From contig AP039702.1 in assembly GCA_051599415.1 (NCBI GenBank), forward strand, positions 372,001 through 436,000: a stretch of DNA of 64,000 nt. Reading direction: 5' to 3'. Position 1 is the first letter of the stretch. Each line of letters opens with the position of its first letter. This document shows positions 63,465-64,000 of this stretch, piece after piece. Source of the DNA: Savitreella phatthalungensis (taxonomy: Eukaryota). The notes under the pieces are model-generated. The model was not told the DNA's origin and ran no database searches. It saw only the letters and a program-made list of their open reading frames with translations. The translations under genes and the position numbers were made by a program.

Positions 63465-64000
63465 ATGCTTTTCTCACTACTGGCTTCAACGGCGACTGCT
63501 GCGGCTCTAGTCGCGCCTGCGCCCGGTCCGACGTCCGCCCCACAGCCCGAGCTCTCGAAGCGCCATATTCTAGCGGACGGCTCAACGAATTATGCGGGAG
63601 CGTGCTCGTATTTTCCGTTGTCCTCACAATGCTCTTATGCGACAGCTCCAGGTCCTCTCACCGCAATCGATTGCGTTGACGGCCTGTTTGGTCCCGTTTG
63701 CGATAGTCCATGGACTTTTGTAACCACATGCAGTACCTATCTCACCACAAGTCTTTCCACTTACTGGTGGTTTGGGATCTTCACAGCCACGAACAACGTG
63801 ATTACATCGACCTGCGGTCCATTTCCTGTCAATCCTACGGCGGTCGTTTCGGCCAAGACGTCACTTCCAGCCTCATCCCCTTCCAAGTTTGTACCAAGTC
63901 CGAGTGCATCAGCTGTCACAGGCGGAGCGCTGAGCTCGTCTGCTCCTGCAGCGAGCACATCCAGCGTCCGAACATCAGCGTCCAGCTCAGTCGTTTCAGT
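63465..64000 (+). CDS. Secreted Cys- and Ser/Thr-rich protein, 3'-truncated by window edge
   Basis: Not in the ORF track. ATG 63465 gives MLFSLLASTATAAALVAPAPGPTSAPQPELSKR|HILADGSTNYAGACSYFPLSSQCSY...; signal-peptide-like start, Kex2-like KR, six Cys, then a Ser/Thr/Ala-rich stretch open to the edge. Confidence 0.78.
   Translation, partial: MLFSLLASTATAAALVAPAPGPTSAPQPELSKRHILADGSTNYAGACSYFPLSSQCSYATAPGPLTAIDCVDGLFGPVCDSPWTFVTTCSTYLTTSLSTYWWFGIFTATNNVITSTCGPFPVNPTAVVSAKTSLPASSPSKFVPSPSASAVTGGALSSSAPAASTSSVRTSASSSVVS

Noticed and set aside
62998..63627. 209-aa minus-strand ORF
   Set aside because: Non-ATG start, no motifs, and it overlaps both DHR1 and the better-supported + strand secreted ORF at 63465.
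1..64000. Numerous 60-190 aa ORFs antisense to or nested in real genes, and GTG/TTG-extended N-termini in the ORF track
   Set aside because: Shadow ORFs of GC-rich coding DNA. Eukaryotic genes were re-started at the first plausible ATG.
1..64000. CRISPR arrays, rRNA, intact transposons, prokaryotic systems
   Set aside because: No spaced direct-repeat array, rRNA motif, transposase/RT/integrase ORF or LTR pair was seen; the content is eukaryotic throughout.

Overview
Gene-dense, very intron-poor fungal nuclear DNA. The protein complement (Sty1/Hog1, Snf21/Snf2, Hap5, Hal4, LIM-RhoGAP) points to an ascomycete, plausibly Taphrinomycotina (inference). About 30 protein genes are present, almost all single-exon housekeeping genes. 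Four features are absent from the ORF track but readable in the sequence: a KRE6/SKN1 gene running off the left edge, a two-exon mitochondrial bL36 gene (35300-35517), a U6 snRNA gene (~41274-41392) with non-canonical substitutions, and a secreted-protein gene running off the right edge. The most notable unexplained signal is a ~0.6-0.8 kb non-coding block (~21416-22200) with many mutually nested long-range helices, a candidate large structured ncRNA. Other oddities: a 5xWSC-GH53 protein with an apparently frameshifted signal peptide, a riboflavin kinase fused to a spartin/senescence-like domain, an orphan with tandem C-x2-C-x3-H-x9-C motifs, a truncated TBC RabGAP, an oversized Bet5, and extremely tight gene junctions (1-16 bp). 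No CRISPR array, tRNA, rRNA or intact transposon was recognised. All family assignments are by motif recognition, not database search.
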